The translations under genes and the position numbers were made by a program. This document shows positions 16,396 to 24,012 of a stretch of 32,000 bases of DNA, piece after piece; positions within the stretch are counted from its first letter, which is position 1; every line of letters begins with the position of its first letter. A model generated the notes under the pieces. The model was not told where the DNA came from. It did no database searches and worked only from the letters and a program-made list of their open reading frames with translations. Origin of the DNA: Alkanindiges illinoisensis DSM 15370 (GTDB lineage Bacteria > Pseudomonadota > Gammaproteobacteria > Pseudomonadales > Moraxellaceae); NCBI RefSeq assembly GCF_000619845.1, contig NZ_JHUX01000004.1:120001-152000 (forward strand), given 5' to 3'.

Positions 16396-16608
16396 TACAT
16401 AGCCTTAAATAGATCGAATAAATTTTTTCTAGGACTTTAGCAATGCAATTAGGAGCTTTTAAAGAGATATTTCTTTTTCCTGCTTCAACGCCACTCACGT
16501 AAGCTCGACCTAGACATGCTTTATTAATAAAGCATCTTGAGATAGGCCATAATCTTTTCCGAGAGTTTTAAAATGGCTTCTAAAGTTCTTTAGGAGTTCT
16601 TTTTCCAT
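16396..16608 (-). pseudogene. Frameshifted copy of the C (controller) gene
   Basis: Nucleotide-colinear with 14644-14859. A 1-nt deletion (gctttagctgataaagca becomes gctttattaataaagca) gives MEKELLKNFRSHFKTLGKDYGLSQDALLIKHV*. Confidence 0.75.
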
Positions 16609-16892
16609 TGCAGAAGCTATTCATTTGTGTAACTATTGTTATAGTAATTTATGTGGCTTATACATCCACGGACTATGAGTAACAAAATGGTTTATCGGAA
16701 AGTCAGTAGTTATTCCATACAATTTCTAGAAAGCTTACAAGAAAATTACATGTAACGGTATTTTCTGATTTTAAAAGAATTTTATTATCAACTGCTTAAT
16801 TTTAAGTTTTCAAGGACACTACCTTCCCTTTAACATTCTGGAATTAAAACTCATAGATTAGCTATAAGTTTTAATTTGATTAAAAATAAGCT

Positions 16893-18119
16893 TTAAGCTT
16901 TTTTAAAAACAATAACTTCATCATTAGCTAAACTATCCAGATAATCAGCCCACCATTGCATCATAGGCTTACGATCATTCAGGTAAGCTGCTTTATTGTA
17001 TACTCCTTCTACCCCACCAGTGACATGGGCTAAAGCACTTTCTACATGATCACGGTTAAAACCTTTTTCCCTTAATGTCGTGCTGGCAATGTGCCTAAAG
17101 CCATGTGGCGACTGTCTCCCTTCATAGCCTAATCGTCTAAGTGCCATAATAAAGACTGTATCTGATTTTGGACTATTGTTACTACTACGGCTAGGGAATA
17201 AATAAGGACTATCACTACTATACGCCTTAAGCTCTTTTAATAGCTCTACTGCTTGTGTCGGTAAAGGAATGATATGTTCACGCCGCTTTTTCATGCGCTC
17301 TGCGGGAATTGTCCATTCGGCTGCTTGAAGATTAACCTCTTTCCATAAAGCTGTTCTAAGCTCACTGGGACGGCAAAACAGCATAGCTAATAGCTGTAAC
17401 CCTATACTTACATCACGAGTTGGATAGTTTCTAATTGCTCTTAATAATGCTGGCAATTCATTTGCAGAAACATGCTTCATATTTTCTGATTTAGCTGTTT
17501 CCAAGAACCTGTGTAAGCCTTCTAATGGGTTAAACTCAATCCGGCCAGTCACTTTAGCAAGATCATAAATTTCCTGGCACAAAGCACGCATGCGATTAGA
17601 CTGCTCAATGATCCCCTTCTCTCGCTGGATACTCTTAAACAGATTCATCCATTCAATAGGTTTAATTTCCTTATATGCACGCTTACCCATAACAGGAAAA
17701 ATATGTTTTTCTAAAGCGCCCTTATTGCGCTTCATTGTACCTTCAGTCCATTTATTGACTTTTCCATCCAGCCACTCTACCGCTAGCTTTTCGAAGGTAC
17801 TGTTAGTTGCTTCTAATTCTTGCTGCTTTTTTTCTTGTTTAGTAATAATAGGATCTTCACCCTTCGATAGGGCTTTATTTAATTCTTGCGCTGTTTTACG
17901 TGCAAGTTCGCCAGATACCGCTGGATATGTTCCTATACCAACCCAAGACCATTTACCATCAGCTTTCTTATAGCGTAGTTGCCACGACTTATTGCCATTA
18001 GGTTTGATACGAAAATATAAGCCATTACCGTCTAACTCTCTATACTCCTTATCTTCCGGCTCTAATGTCTTAAGAGTTGTATCAGTCATTGGCCGTTTCT
18101 TAATATCATCGCGCTTCAT
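16893..18119 (-). CDS. int: P4-type tyrosine integrase
   Basis: N-terminal arm-binding-type domain (GLYFRIKPNGNKSWQLRYK). Catalytic region HGFRHIASTT ... VEGVYNKAAY. Strong SD aaggag. Adjacent to and co-oriented with ssrA. Confidence 0.9.
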   Translation of the reverse strand: MKRDDIKKRPMTDTTLKTLEPEDKEYRELDGNGLYFRIKPNGNKSWQLRYKKADGKWSWVGIGTYPAVSGELARKTAQELNKALSKGEDPIITKQEKKQQELEATNSTFEKLAVEWLDGKVNKWTEGTMKRNKGALEKHIFPVMGKRAYKEIKPIEWMNLFKSIQREKGIIEQSNRMRALCQEIYDLAKVTGRIEFNPLEGLHRFLETAKSENMKHVSANELPALLRAIRNYPTRDVSIGLQLLAMLFCRPSELRTALWKEVNLQAAEWTIPAERMKKRREHIIPLPTQAVELLKELKAYSSDSPYLFPSRSSNNSPKSDTVFIMALRRLGYEGRQSPHGFRHIASTTLREKGFNRDHVESALAHVTGGVEGVYNKAAYLNDRKPMMQWWADYLDSLANDEVIVFKKA

Positions 18120-18167
18120 TGTATAACTCCTTAATCCTATTAACGAAAACAGTAGACATACAATTTA

Positions 18168-18215
18168 TGTATCCCGCCAGTTCAATAAATATTAAAGGAT
18201 ACAAGATAGGATACA
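18168..18215. promoter_or_regulatory. AGGATACA repeat cluster (candidate arm-type sites), ssrA-proximal end
   Basis: AGGATACA at 18196-18203 and 18208-18215 (12-bp register, same as 921/933), plus an inverted 7/8 copy tgtatcc at 18168-18174. Confidence 0.4.
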
Positions 18216-18255
18216 CAATGGGCTGGCCTATACAGCCTCAAAGCTCCCCATAAAC

Positions 18256-18298
18256 AGGCATAAAAAAACCCTTAACCATTGCTAGTTAAGGGTTTTAG
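18256..18298. repeat. Proximal 43-bp direct repeat; contains the ssrA intrinsic terminator
   Basis: Identical to 762-804. On the minus strand it reads as the hairpin aacccttaac/gttaagggtt followed by a T7 run, 41 nt after the tmRNA CCA end. Confidence 0.9.
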
Positions 18299-18339
18299 TC
18301 TGATACATCATCATGTTGCAGTGTATCAATTTAGGTATA

Positions 18340-18697
18340 TGGTGGAGATGGCGGGATTTGAACCCGCGTCCGCCAGCACTACGCCCACGAATCTACATGC
18401 TTAGTTATCGTCTATTGCTTTAACCGCTAACAGCCCAACGAACAGGACGTTAGAAGCGATTCCCTAAGTTTGACACCATGTCACGGGACATTACACGGTG
18501 CGGATCTGTGTGCGTGCGCTTCGGTCGGCCTCACCAACCACAGATATTTGGTTCGGCGGACAAGCAGCCCTTAGGCTGCTAGAGCGTAAGTTTCGTCGTT
18601 TGCGACTATAAAAATGCAAGATTGATTTACGAGAGATAATGCGCTCTCGGCATGCATCATTGAGTTTCATCACCAGCGTCGAAGCCAGAACATCCCC
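18340..18697 (-). ncRNA. ssrA: tmRNA (transfer-messenger RNA)
   Basis: The minus strand starts GGGGATGTTCTGGCTTCGACG and ends GGTTCAAATCCCGCCATCTCCACCA. The tag ORF GCAAACGACGAAACTTACGCTCTAGCAGCCTAA encodes ANDETYALAA (18603-18571). Confidence 0.92.
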
Positions 18698-18834
18698 AAT
18701 GCGAACACTTACTATAACAGGTTATACAACTGGACGCTATGTGCTTCACCAATTCATAACATTCCTGTTTAAAGCAAGGTTATGTATATAATGGTATCAA
18801 TCACAAAAATTTCAAGCAGGAAGTGAACAACAAA

Positions 18835-20322
18835 ATGGATTATTTACTGGCTCTAGATCAGGGCACCACCTCCAGCCGTGCCATTATTTTTGACAGCAAA
18901 GGCCAGGTCAAGGCCAGTGCCCAGCGTGAAATTACGATTCGCACGCCCCATCCCGGCTGGGTTGAACAGGATGCACAGGAGCTGTGGAATACCCAAATTG
19001 GTGTTGCCCAACAAGCCATGGCCGCAGCGGGTTTGCTGGCACAGGACATTGCCGCTATCGGCCTAACTAACCAGCGTGAAACCACAGTAGTATGGCATAA
19101 AAAAACCGGCAAGCCTGTAGCACCAGCTATTGTCTGGCAGGATCGCCGTACTGCCGAATGGTGCGAACAGCAACGCAAGCAAATGGATGAACAGCAATTA
19201 TGCAAAAAAACTGGCCTGCGGCTTGATCCGTATTTCAGTGCAGGCAAGCTGGTGTGGATACTGGAAAACCTGCCAGAGGCACGGGCGCTTGCTGATGCAG
19301 GTAATCTTGCATTTGGTACTGTGGACAGCTGGTTAATCTGGAATCTAACCCGTGGCGAGCAGCATGTGATTGACATGAGCAATGCCTCACGTACCTTGCT
19401 CATGAACATTCAAACCCAGACATGGGATGAGGAACTGCTCGATTATTTTAATATTCCAGCCAGTGTATTGCCCAGCATTGTGCCATCTGGCGGCTTGATT
19501 GGTTATACCGCAGATGGCTTATTAGGCCGTAAAGTACCCATCTGTGCGGCCATTGGTGACCAGCAGGCTGCCCTGTTTGGACAAGGCTGTTTTAATGCCG
19601 GATTGGCCAAGAATACGTATGGCACTGGCTGCTTTATGCTAATGAATACCGGCAGTGAACTGAAATACAGCCAGCACCAATTACTGTCTACCCTGGCCTG
19701 GCAAACCCCGCAGCAATCACCACAATATGCGTTGGAAGGCAGTGTTTTTATGGCAGGTGCTATTGTGCAGTGGCTACGCGATGGACTGGGCATTATCCGG
19801 CAAAGTAATGAAGTGGAAGCATTGGCCCGGCAGGTCAAGGATACTGATGGCGTGGTGCTGGTTCCTGCATTCACTGGCTTGGGTGCGCCTTATTGGGACA
19901 GTGAAGCCCGCGCTATGCTCACTGGCATGACCCGTGGCACCAACCGCTGCCATATTGCCCGTGCTGCACTGGAATCCATTGCATTTCAGGTCGCCGATGT
20001 CCTAGTGGCCATGCAGCAGGATGCCCCAACCCCACTGACAGAATTGCGTGTGGATGGCGGCGCCTGTTGCAATGACATGCTCATGCAGTTTCAGGCTGAT
20101 TTACTGGGTGTGCCTGTCCTACGGCCAAAACTTCAGGAAACCACTGCATTAGGCGCGGCTTTAATGGCGGGCCTTGGTGTTGGCTTATTTGGTTGTACTC
20201 GTGATATTGAGCATTTATGGCAGCTTGACCGTAGTTTTGAGCCCAGTATGAATGATGATGAACGCCAGCAACATCTATATCAGTGGCATCAGGCCGTGAG
20301 TAAGGCACGTACCACTATGTAA
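18835..20322 (+). CDS. glpK: Glycerol kinase
   Basis: LALDQGTTSSRAIIFD, NQRETTVVW, DPYFSAGK, GDQQAALFGQ, KNTYGTGCFMLMNTG and VPAFTGLGAPYWD are colinear with E. coli GlpK. ATG 18835 is preferred over GTG 18823. Confidence 0.93.
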   Translation: MDYLLALDQGTTSSRAIIFDSKGQVKASAQREITIRTPHPGWVEQDAQELWNTQIGVAQQAMAAAGLLAQDIAAIGLTNQRETTVVWHKKTGKPVAPAIVWQDRRTAEWCEQQRKQMDEQQLCKKTGLRLDPYFSAGKLVWILENLPEARALADAGNLAFGTVDSWLIWNLTRGEQHVIDMSNASRTLLMNIQTQTWDEELLDYFNIPASVLPSIVPSGGLIGYTADGLLGRKVPICAAIGDQQAALFGQGCFNAGLAKNTYGTGCFMLMNTGSELKYSQHQLLSTLAWQTPQQSPQYALEGSVFMAGAIVQWLRDGLGIIRQSNEVEALARQVKDTDGVVLVPAFTGLGAPYWDSEARAMLTGMTRGTNRCHIARAALESIAFQVADVLVAMQQDAPTPLTELRVDGGACCNDMLMQFQADLLGVPVLRPKLQETTALGAALMAGLGVGLFGCTRDIEHLWQLDRSFEPSMNDDERQQHLYQWHQAVSKARTTM

Positions 20323-20396
20323 AGCGCCTAATTTATTACTTAAAAAGTCTTAATCTGGCTTTTGACCTAAGCGTTTTTAGCTTGGCACTAAAATAC

Positions 20397-20430
20397 AAAA
20401 GCAGGCGATCATTTTTGATAGCCTGCTTTG
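20397..20430. terminator. Hairpin between convergent glpK and the downstream helical-protein gene
   Basis: aaaagcaggc ... gcctgctttg inverted repeat with a 14-nt loop. Confidence 0.45.
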
Positions 20431-20475
20431 CTATAACGTGTCTTTAAGTAGTCCAAACCTGTTATAGTTTTTTGG

Positions 20476-20937
20476 TTAGCCCTTAAATTTCTGCCATGCA
20501 TCCAGTGTGGTTTTTTTGCTGTCATCCAGCTTAACCAGCGCGTCATCCTTGGCTTTGGTCAGGACTTCTTTTACCTCACCAATCGTGCCTTGTGCATCGT
20601 TCAGCAGTTCATTAAAGGTATCAGTAATTTCAGCTTTTAGCGTATTAAACAGATCAGTAATGTTCTGGCGAGTGGTGTTTAAATGTTCCTTGGCATAGCT
20701 CACGCGTGCATTCACCTCTTCCTGTAAGCCGGCAACATTTTTCTGGATGGTTTCAGAGGCAGCCTCGGCTTGTCCTTCAAAACGATCCCGTGCACTGCTG
20801 GTTAATTGCTTGACTTCATTTAAAGTGGCACTGGTATTTTCTTTGAGCTGGTCAATATGCTGGCTCACCTGTTCAACAGGAGTCTGGGCAGTGGCTTTTT
20901 TAGCAGTTGTTTTAGCGTTAGTGGTTTTACTGGTCAT
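20476..20937 (-). CDS. Hydrophilic all-helical protein (phasin/LEA/hydrophilin-like)
   Basis: 153 aa, rich in A/K/E/T/Q, with no Cys or Trp-rich core and amphipathic repeat character. Assignment is by composition only. Confidence 0.45.
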   Translation of the reverse strand: MTSKTTNAKTTAKKATAQTPVEQVSQHIDQLKENTSATLNEVKQLTSSARDRFEGQAEAASETIQKNVAGLQEEVNARVSYAKEHLNTTRQNITDLFNTLKAEITDTFNELLNDAQGTIGEVKEVLTKAKDDALVKLDDSKKTTLDAWQKFKG

Positions 20938-21186
20938 CGTCGTGCTCCATTAAAATTGAATAATGTTGCCTCAATATGACATAAATTATAATTCTATCCA
21001 GCCAAACTGTCTGACAATTATTTGTTTTAGATTAACGGTTTGTTAACCTAATCTTAAATAGATTTAGCTTTTAAACATCTTGTCTTAAAATCCGAACAGC
21101 CATTAAAAAAGTACTACCAGCCTTAGGCCAATAGTACTTTTTCCTAGCAATTTAGAATTTACTAGTAATGCAGAAGTTAAAAGCAA

Positions 21187-21792
21187 TTAGCTTTTAATTT
21201 TTTCCAGTGCTTCTTTTGCTTTGGTTTTGATTTCTTCCAGCTTATCTAGAGCCTGCGCTTTAAGATCATCAACATTAATGTTATTTTCCTCAAGTTTTTC
21301 AAGCGCTTTGGTTTTCAGCTCTTCATATTTTTCCAGAGCCTGCGTTTTTAACTCTTCGACATTAATATTGTTGTCTTCAAGCTTTTCAACCGCCATGGCC
21401 TTAAGCTCATCCAGTTTTTCCAGCGCCTGTGCTTTAAGGTCAGCCAGTTTATCGGCATTGTTTTCCAGTGTTTCGCTAGCTTGATCTTTCAGGTTAGTAG
21501 CCTGATCTTTTAGGGTACTGGCCTGCTCAGTTACTGTGTCAGTCACCTGGTCTTTTAACTCAGTGGCTTTATCCTTTAAGGCATTGACCTGATCGGTTGC
21601 GTTGGTTTTCAGGCTATCCAGCTTCTCAGTGGCCTGCTCATTGAGGTCACTGGCTTTGCTTTTAACCTGATCCACAATACCCTGATCGGCTGCGTCCTGC
21701 TGTGCTTCCTCACGCTTCTTGGCATTTTCCAGCGCAGCTTCTACCAGATTGTTGGTGTGTTGCTTAAACTCGTTCAGATTGTTATTTGGCAT
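21187..21792 (-). CDS. LEA-like repeat hydrophilin
   Basis: ATG at 21792 with SD ggaga; the ORF track's upstream extension is unlikely. It has 11-mer-type repeats (ATELKDQVTDT, ASTLKDQATNL, KDQASETLENN) and two ~30-aa repeats (E[DN]NNINV[ED][ED]LK.QAL[ED]K..E[LI]KTKA). Confidence 0.55.
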   Translation of the reverse strand: MPNNNLNEFKQHTNNLVEAALENAKKREEAQQDAADQGIVDQVKSKASDLNEQATEKLDSLKTNATDQVNALKDKATELKDQVTDTVTEQASTLKDQATNLKDQASETLENNADKLADLKAQALEKLDELKAMAVEKLEDNNINVEELKTQALEKYEELKTKALEKLEENNINVDDLKAQALDKLEEIKTKAKEALEKIKS

Positions 21793-22199
21793 AATGTTCT
21801 CCACAAGATCAAATGTTGAAAATAAAAAAATCCACAATTTCAATTTAATATATAAAGCGGCTTGGCAGATGACTAAGTGTTTCTTGTGATATTTTTATAC
21901 ATCGATTATCTAATGTGACACTTGTGTAATTGTTGCTTCGACGTAGCTGGCAATATGTAGAAACGGGTCAGGTATTGCACTTTAATCACTTAAAATAGCG
22001 ATCTGTTGTTTCATCTACGGTCATCACAGGAAAACTTGCAGCATCCATAGACTTTCAACCGACAAATCCGTACAATATGCGGTTAATTCAAGCGAGAAGA
22101 CTCAAGGAGACCGTGTTACCTCAACACTGTCTATCATTTGGCACGTCTACTCGCTTTTTTACAGCCCCAATTTTCTGGTTCAAGCTCAGGAGCTCAGTT

Positions 22200-23339
22200 T
22201 TGCGCACCCCTGCCATTTTAGCCCTCGCCGACGGAACGATCTTTCATGGTACTTCTATCGGAGCCACGGGTAGTACGACTGGTGAAGTCGTTTTCAATAC
22301 TGCTATGACAGGTTATCAGGAAATTCTAACTGACCCCAGTTATGCCAAACAAATCGTTACCCTGACCTATCCGCATATTGGTAATACCGGCACCAATGAC
22401 GAGGATCATGAGTCTGGTCGTGCCAGTCGCGTGTGGGCCAGTGGTCTGGTCATTCGCGACCTGCCCCTGCTTGCCAGTAATTTCCGCTCTTCCAAGCCGC
22501 TAGATCAGTATTTAAAAGAACAAAATATTGTGGCGATTGCCGATATTGATACCCGCAAGCTCACCCGTATCCTGCGTGATAAAGGGTCGCAAAACGGCTG
22601 TATTCTGGCAGGTGAAGATATTACCGAACAACAGGCGCTGGAAGCCGCACGTGCGTTTGGTGGCCTGAACGGACTGGATCTGGCTAAGGAATGCTGTGAT
22701 CCTGAAGGCTATGAATGGTCTGCCGGTTCTTGGGAGCTGGGCAAAGGCTTTAGTCAGCCAGAAGAAAAATTCCATGTCGTGGCTTATGACTATGGCTTTA
22801 AAACCAACATCCTGCGCATGCTGGCAGATCGTGGTTGCCGCCTGACGGTAGTGCCTGCGCAAACGCCTGCTGAACAGGTACTGGCCATGAACCCGGATGG
22901 TATTTTCCTGTCTAATGGCCCGGGCGATCCGGCTGCCTGTGACTATGCCATTGAGGCGGTAAAAAACATTGTCGACAACACGGAAATTCCAGTGTTTGGT
23001 ATTTGTCTGGGACACCAGATTCTGGCGCTGGCCTCTGGTGCCAAAACCGTAAAAATGCCGCATGGCCATCATGGCGCCAACCATCCGGTTAAAAATCTCG
23101 ATGACGGCACGGTGATGATCACCAGCCAAAACCATGGCTTTGCAGTGGATGAAAGCACACTGCCTGCGTTCCTGCGTGTGACCCATCGCTCGCTGTTTGA
23201 TGGCACCAATCAGGGCATCCACCGTACCGACAAGCCAGCGTTCAGCTTTCAGGGCCATCCTGAGGCCAGCCCCGGCCCGCATGACTGTGCGCCGCTGTTT
23301 GACCATTTTGTCGAATTGATGCAGCAGGCTAAAAAATAA
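22200..23339 (+). CDS. carA: Carbamoyl-phosphate synthase small (glutaminase) subunit
   Basis: [35 protein letters not shown] is colinear with E. coli CarA, with the GATase motifs GICLGHQ and HGFAVD. A TTG start at 22200, 7 nt after aggag, matches homolog length. Confidence 0.9.
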   Translation: MRTPAILALADGTIFHGTSIGATGSTTGEVVFNTAMTGYQEILTDPSYAKQIVTLTYPHIGNTGTNDEDHESGRASRVWASGLVIRDLPLLASNFRSSKPLDQYLKEQNIVAIADIDTRKLTRILRDKGSQNGCILAGEDITEQQALEAARAFGGLNGLDLAKECCDPEGYEWSAGSWELGKGFSQPEEKFHVVAYDYGFKTNILRMLADRGCRLTVVPAQTPAEQVLAMNPDGIFLSNGPGDPAACDYAIEAVKNIVDNTEIPVFGICLGHQILALASGAKTVKMPHGHHGANHPVKNLDDGTVMITSQNHGFAVDESTLPAFLRVTHRSLFDGTNQGIHRTDKPAFSFQGHPEASPGPHDCAPLFDHFVELMQQAKK

Positions 23340-23965
23340 TGTCTTTAATAAAGACTTCTTTTTTTTTATCCCTACTGATACTAAAAAGTATCAGTAGCTA
23401 TGCTGCATCCCTTGAAAATACAGAAAATTCAAGGGCCAGATCTGAATTACTAACTACAATTACAGATAGTTTTGCAATTCATGATTTTTTAAATGCCGTT
23501 AGAAATGCAAGTCAATCTTCTGATGAATGGAAAAACTGCGTTACTAGTAATGATACCGTTCAGAAAGTAGCTGCAGCTCTATCTAAAGAGGTAAATAAGA
23601 CAATCCAACCTCTTAACGATCAAGAGGTAATTGTATATGCAAATTTCTTTAAAGACGGCGGTACAACTGCTTTATCTAAATATTATCAATCCAACTATCG
23701 CAATGCAGTACTTTCGCAAAATGGTAAAAAAGTTTCGGCACATAAAGTCATACATAACCTTTTAAGTTCTTTTAGTGAACAAGAAAGGCAAGCGTGGAAT
23801 AGTTCTAACTCTTTACCAAACGTAGAAGTACGAAATCTGCTTATGCCTCTAGCTGATAAGGATAAAGAAATGTTTAGAACAATGTATTTTGGTCTAACAA
23901 TGCGTTGGGCTGCTGAGGATAGTTGTCAAAAATTTTCAAGTCAAAAGGTTCCAAATGGTAAGTAA
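23339..23965 (+). CDS. Hypothetical secreted protein, low-GC ORF between carA and carB
   Basis: Signal-peptide-like N-terminus (SFFLSLLILKSISSYAAS). The ATG overlaps the carA TAA by 1 nt. It is markedly more AT-rich than the flanking car genes. Confidence 0.55.
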   Translation: MSLIKTSFFLSLLILKSISSYAASLENTENSRARSELLTTITDSFAIHDFLNAVRNASQSSDEWKNCVTSNDTVQKVAAALSKEVNKTIQPLNDQEVIVYANFFKDGGTTALSKYYQSNYRNAVLSQNGKKVSAHKVIHNLLSSFSEQERQAWNSSNSLPNVEVRNLLMPLADKDKEMFRTMYFGLTMRWAAEDSCQKFSSQKVPNGK

Positions 23966-24012
23966 ATATACTTTCTTATCAAGGCACTGGAATACCTTTG
24001 GAGTAAATCGTA

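Larger units (their letters stand above)
762..18298. mobile_element. ssrA-associated integrative genomic island (~17.5 kb, P4-type integrase, composite cargo)
   Basis: Perfect 43-bp direct repeats at both ends, integrase next to the tmRNA gene, AT-rich composition relative to the flanks, and replication/regulation and defence-type genes inside. Confidence 0.85.

Noticed and set aside
18491-18673. 60-aa ORF on the minus strand
   Set aside because: It lies entirely inside the tmRNA gene. The tmRNA call is supported by canonical 5' and 3' ends and by the tag reading frame.
22077-22199. 41-codon N-terminal extension of carA in the ORF track
   Set aside because: Homolog alignment starts at [16 protein letters not shown] at 22200 sits 7 nt after aggag, and the extension has no CarA counterpart. 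The region is more likely the carA leader/promoter.
18858-23306. Antisense or alternative-frame ORFs within glpK, the two hydrophilin genes and carA (e.g. 18858-19409, 19503-19874, 20507-20953, 21221-21484, 22512-23306)
   Set aside because: All are nested in well-supported genes. The ones opposite the repeat proteins are low-complexity mirror images (S/L-rich) of the A/K/E repeats.
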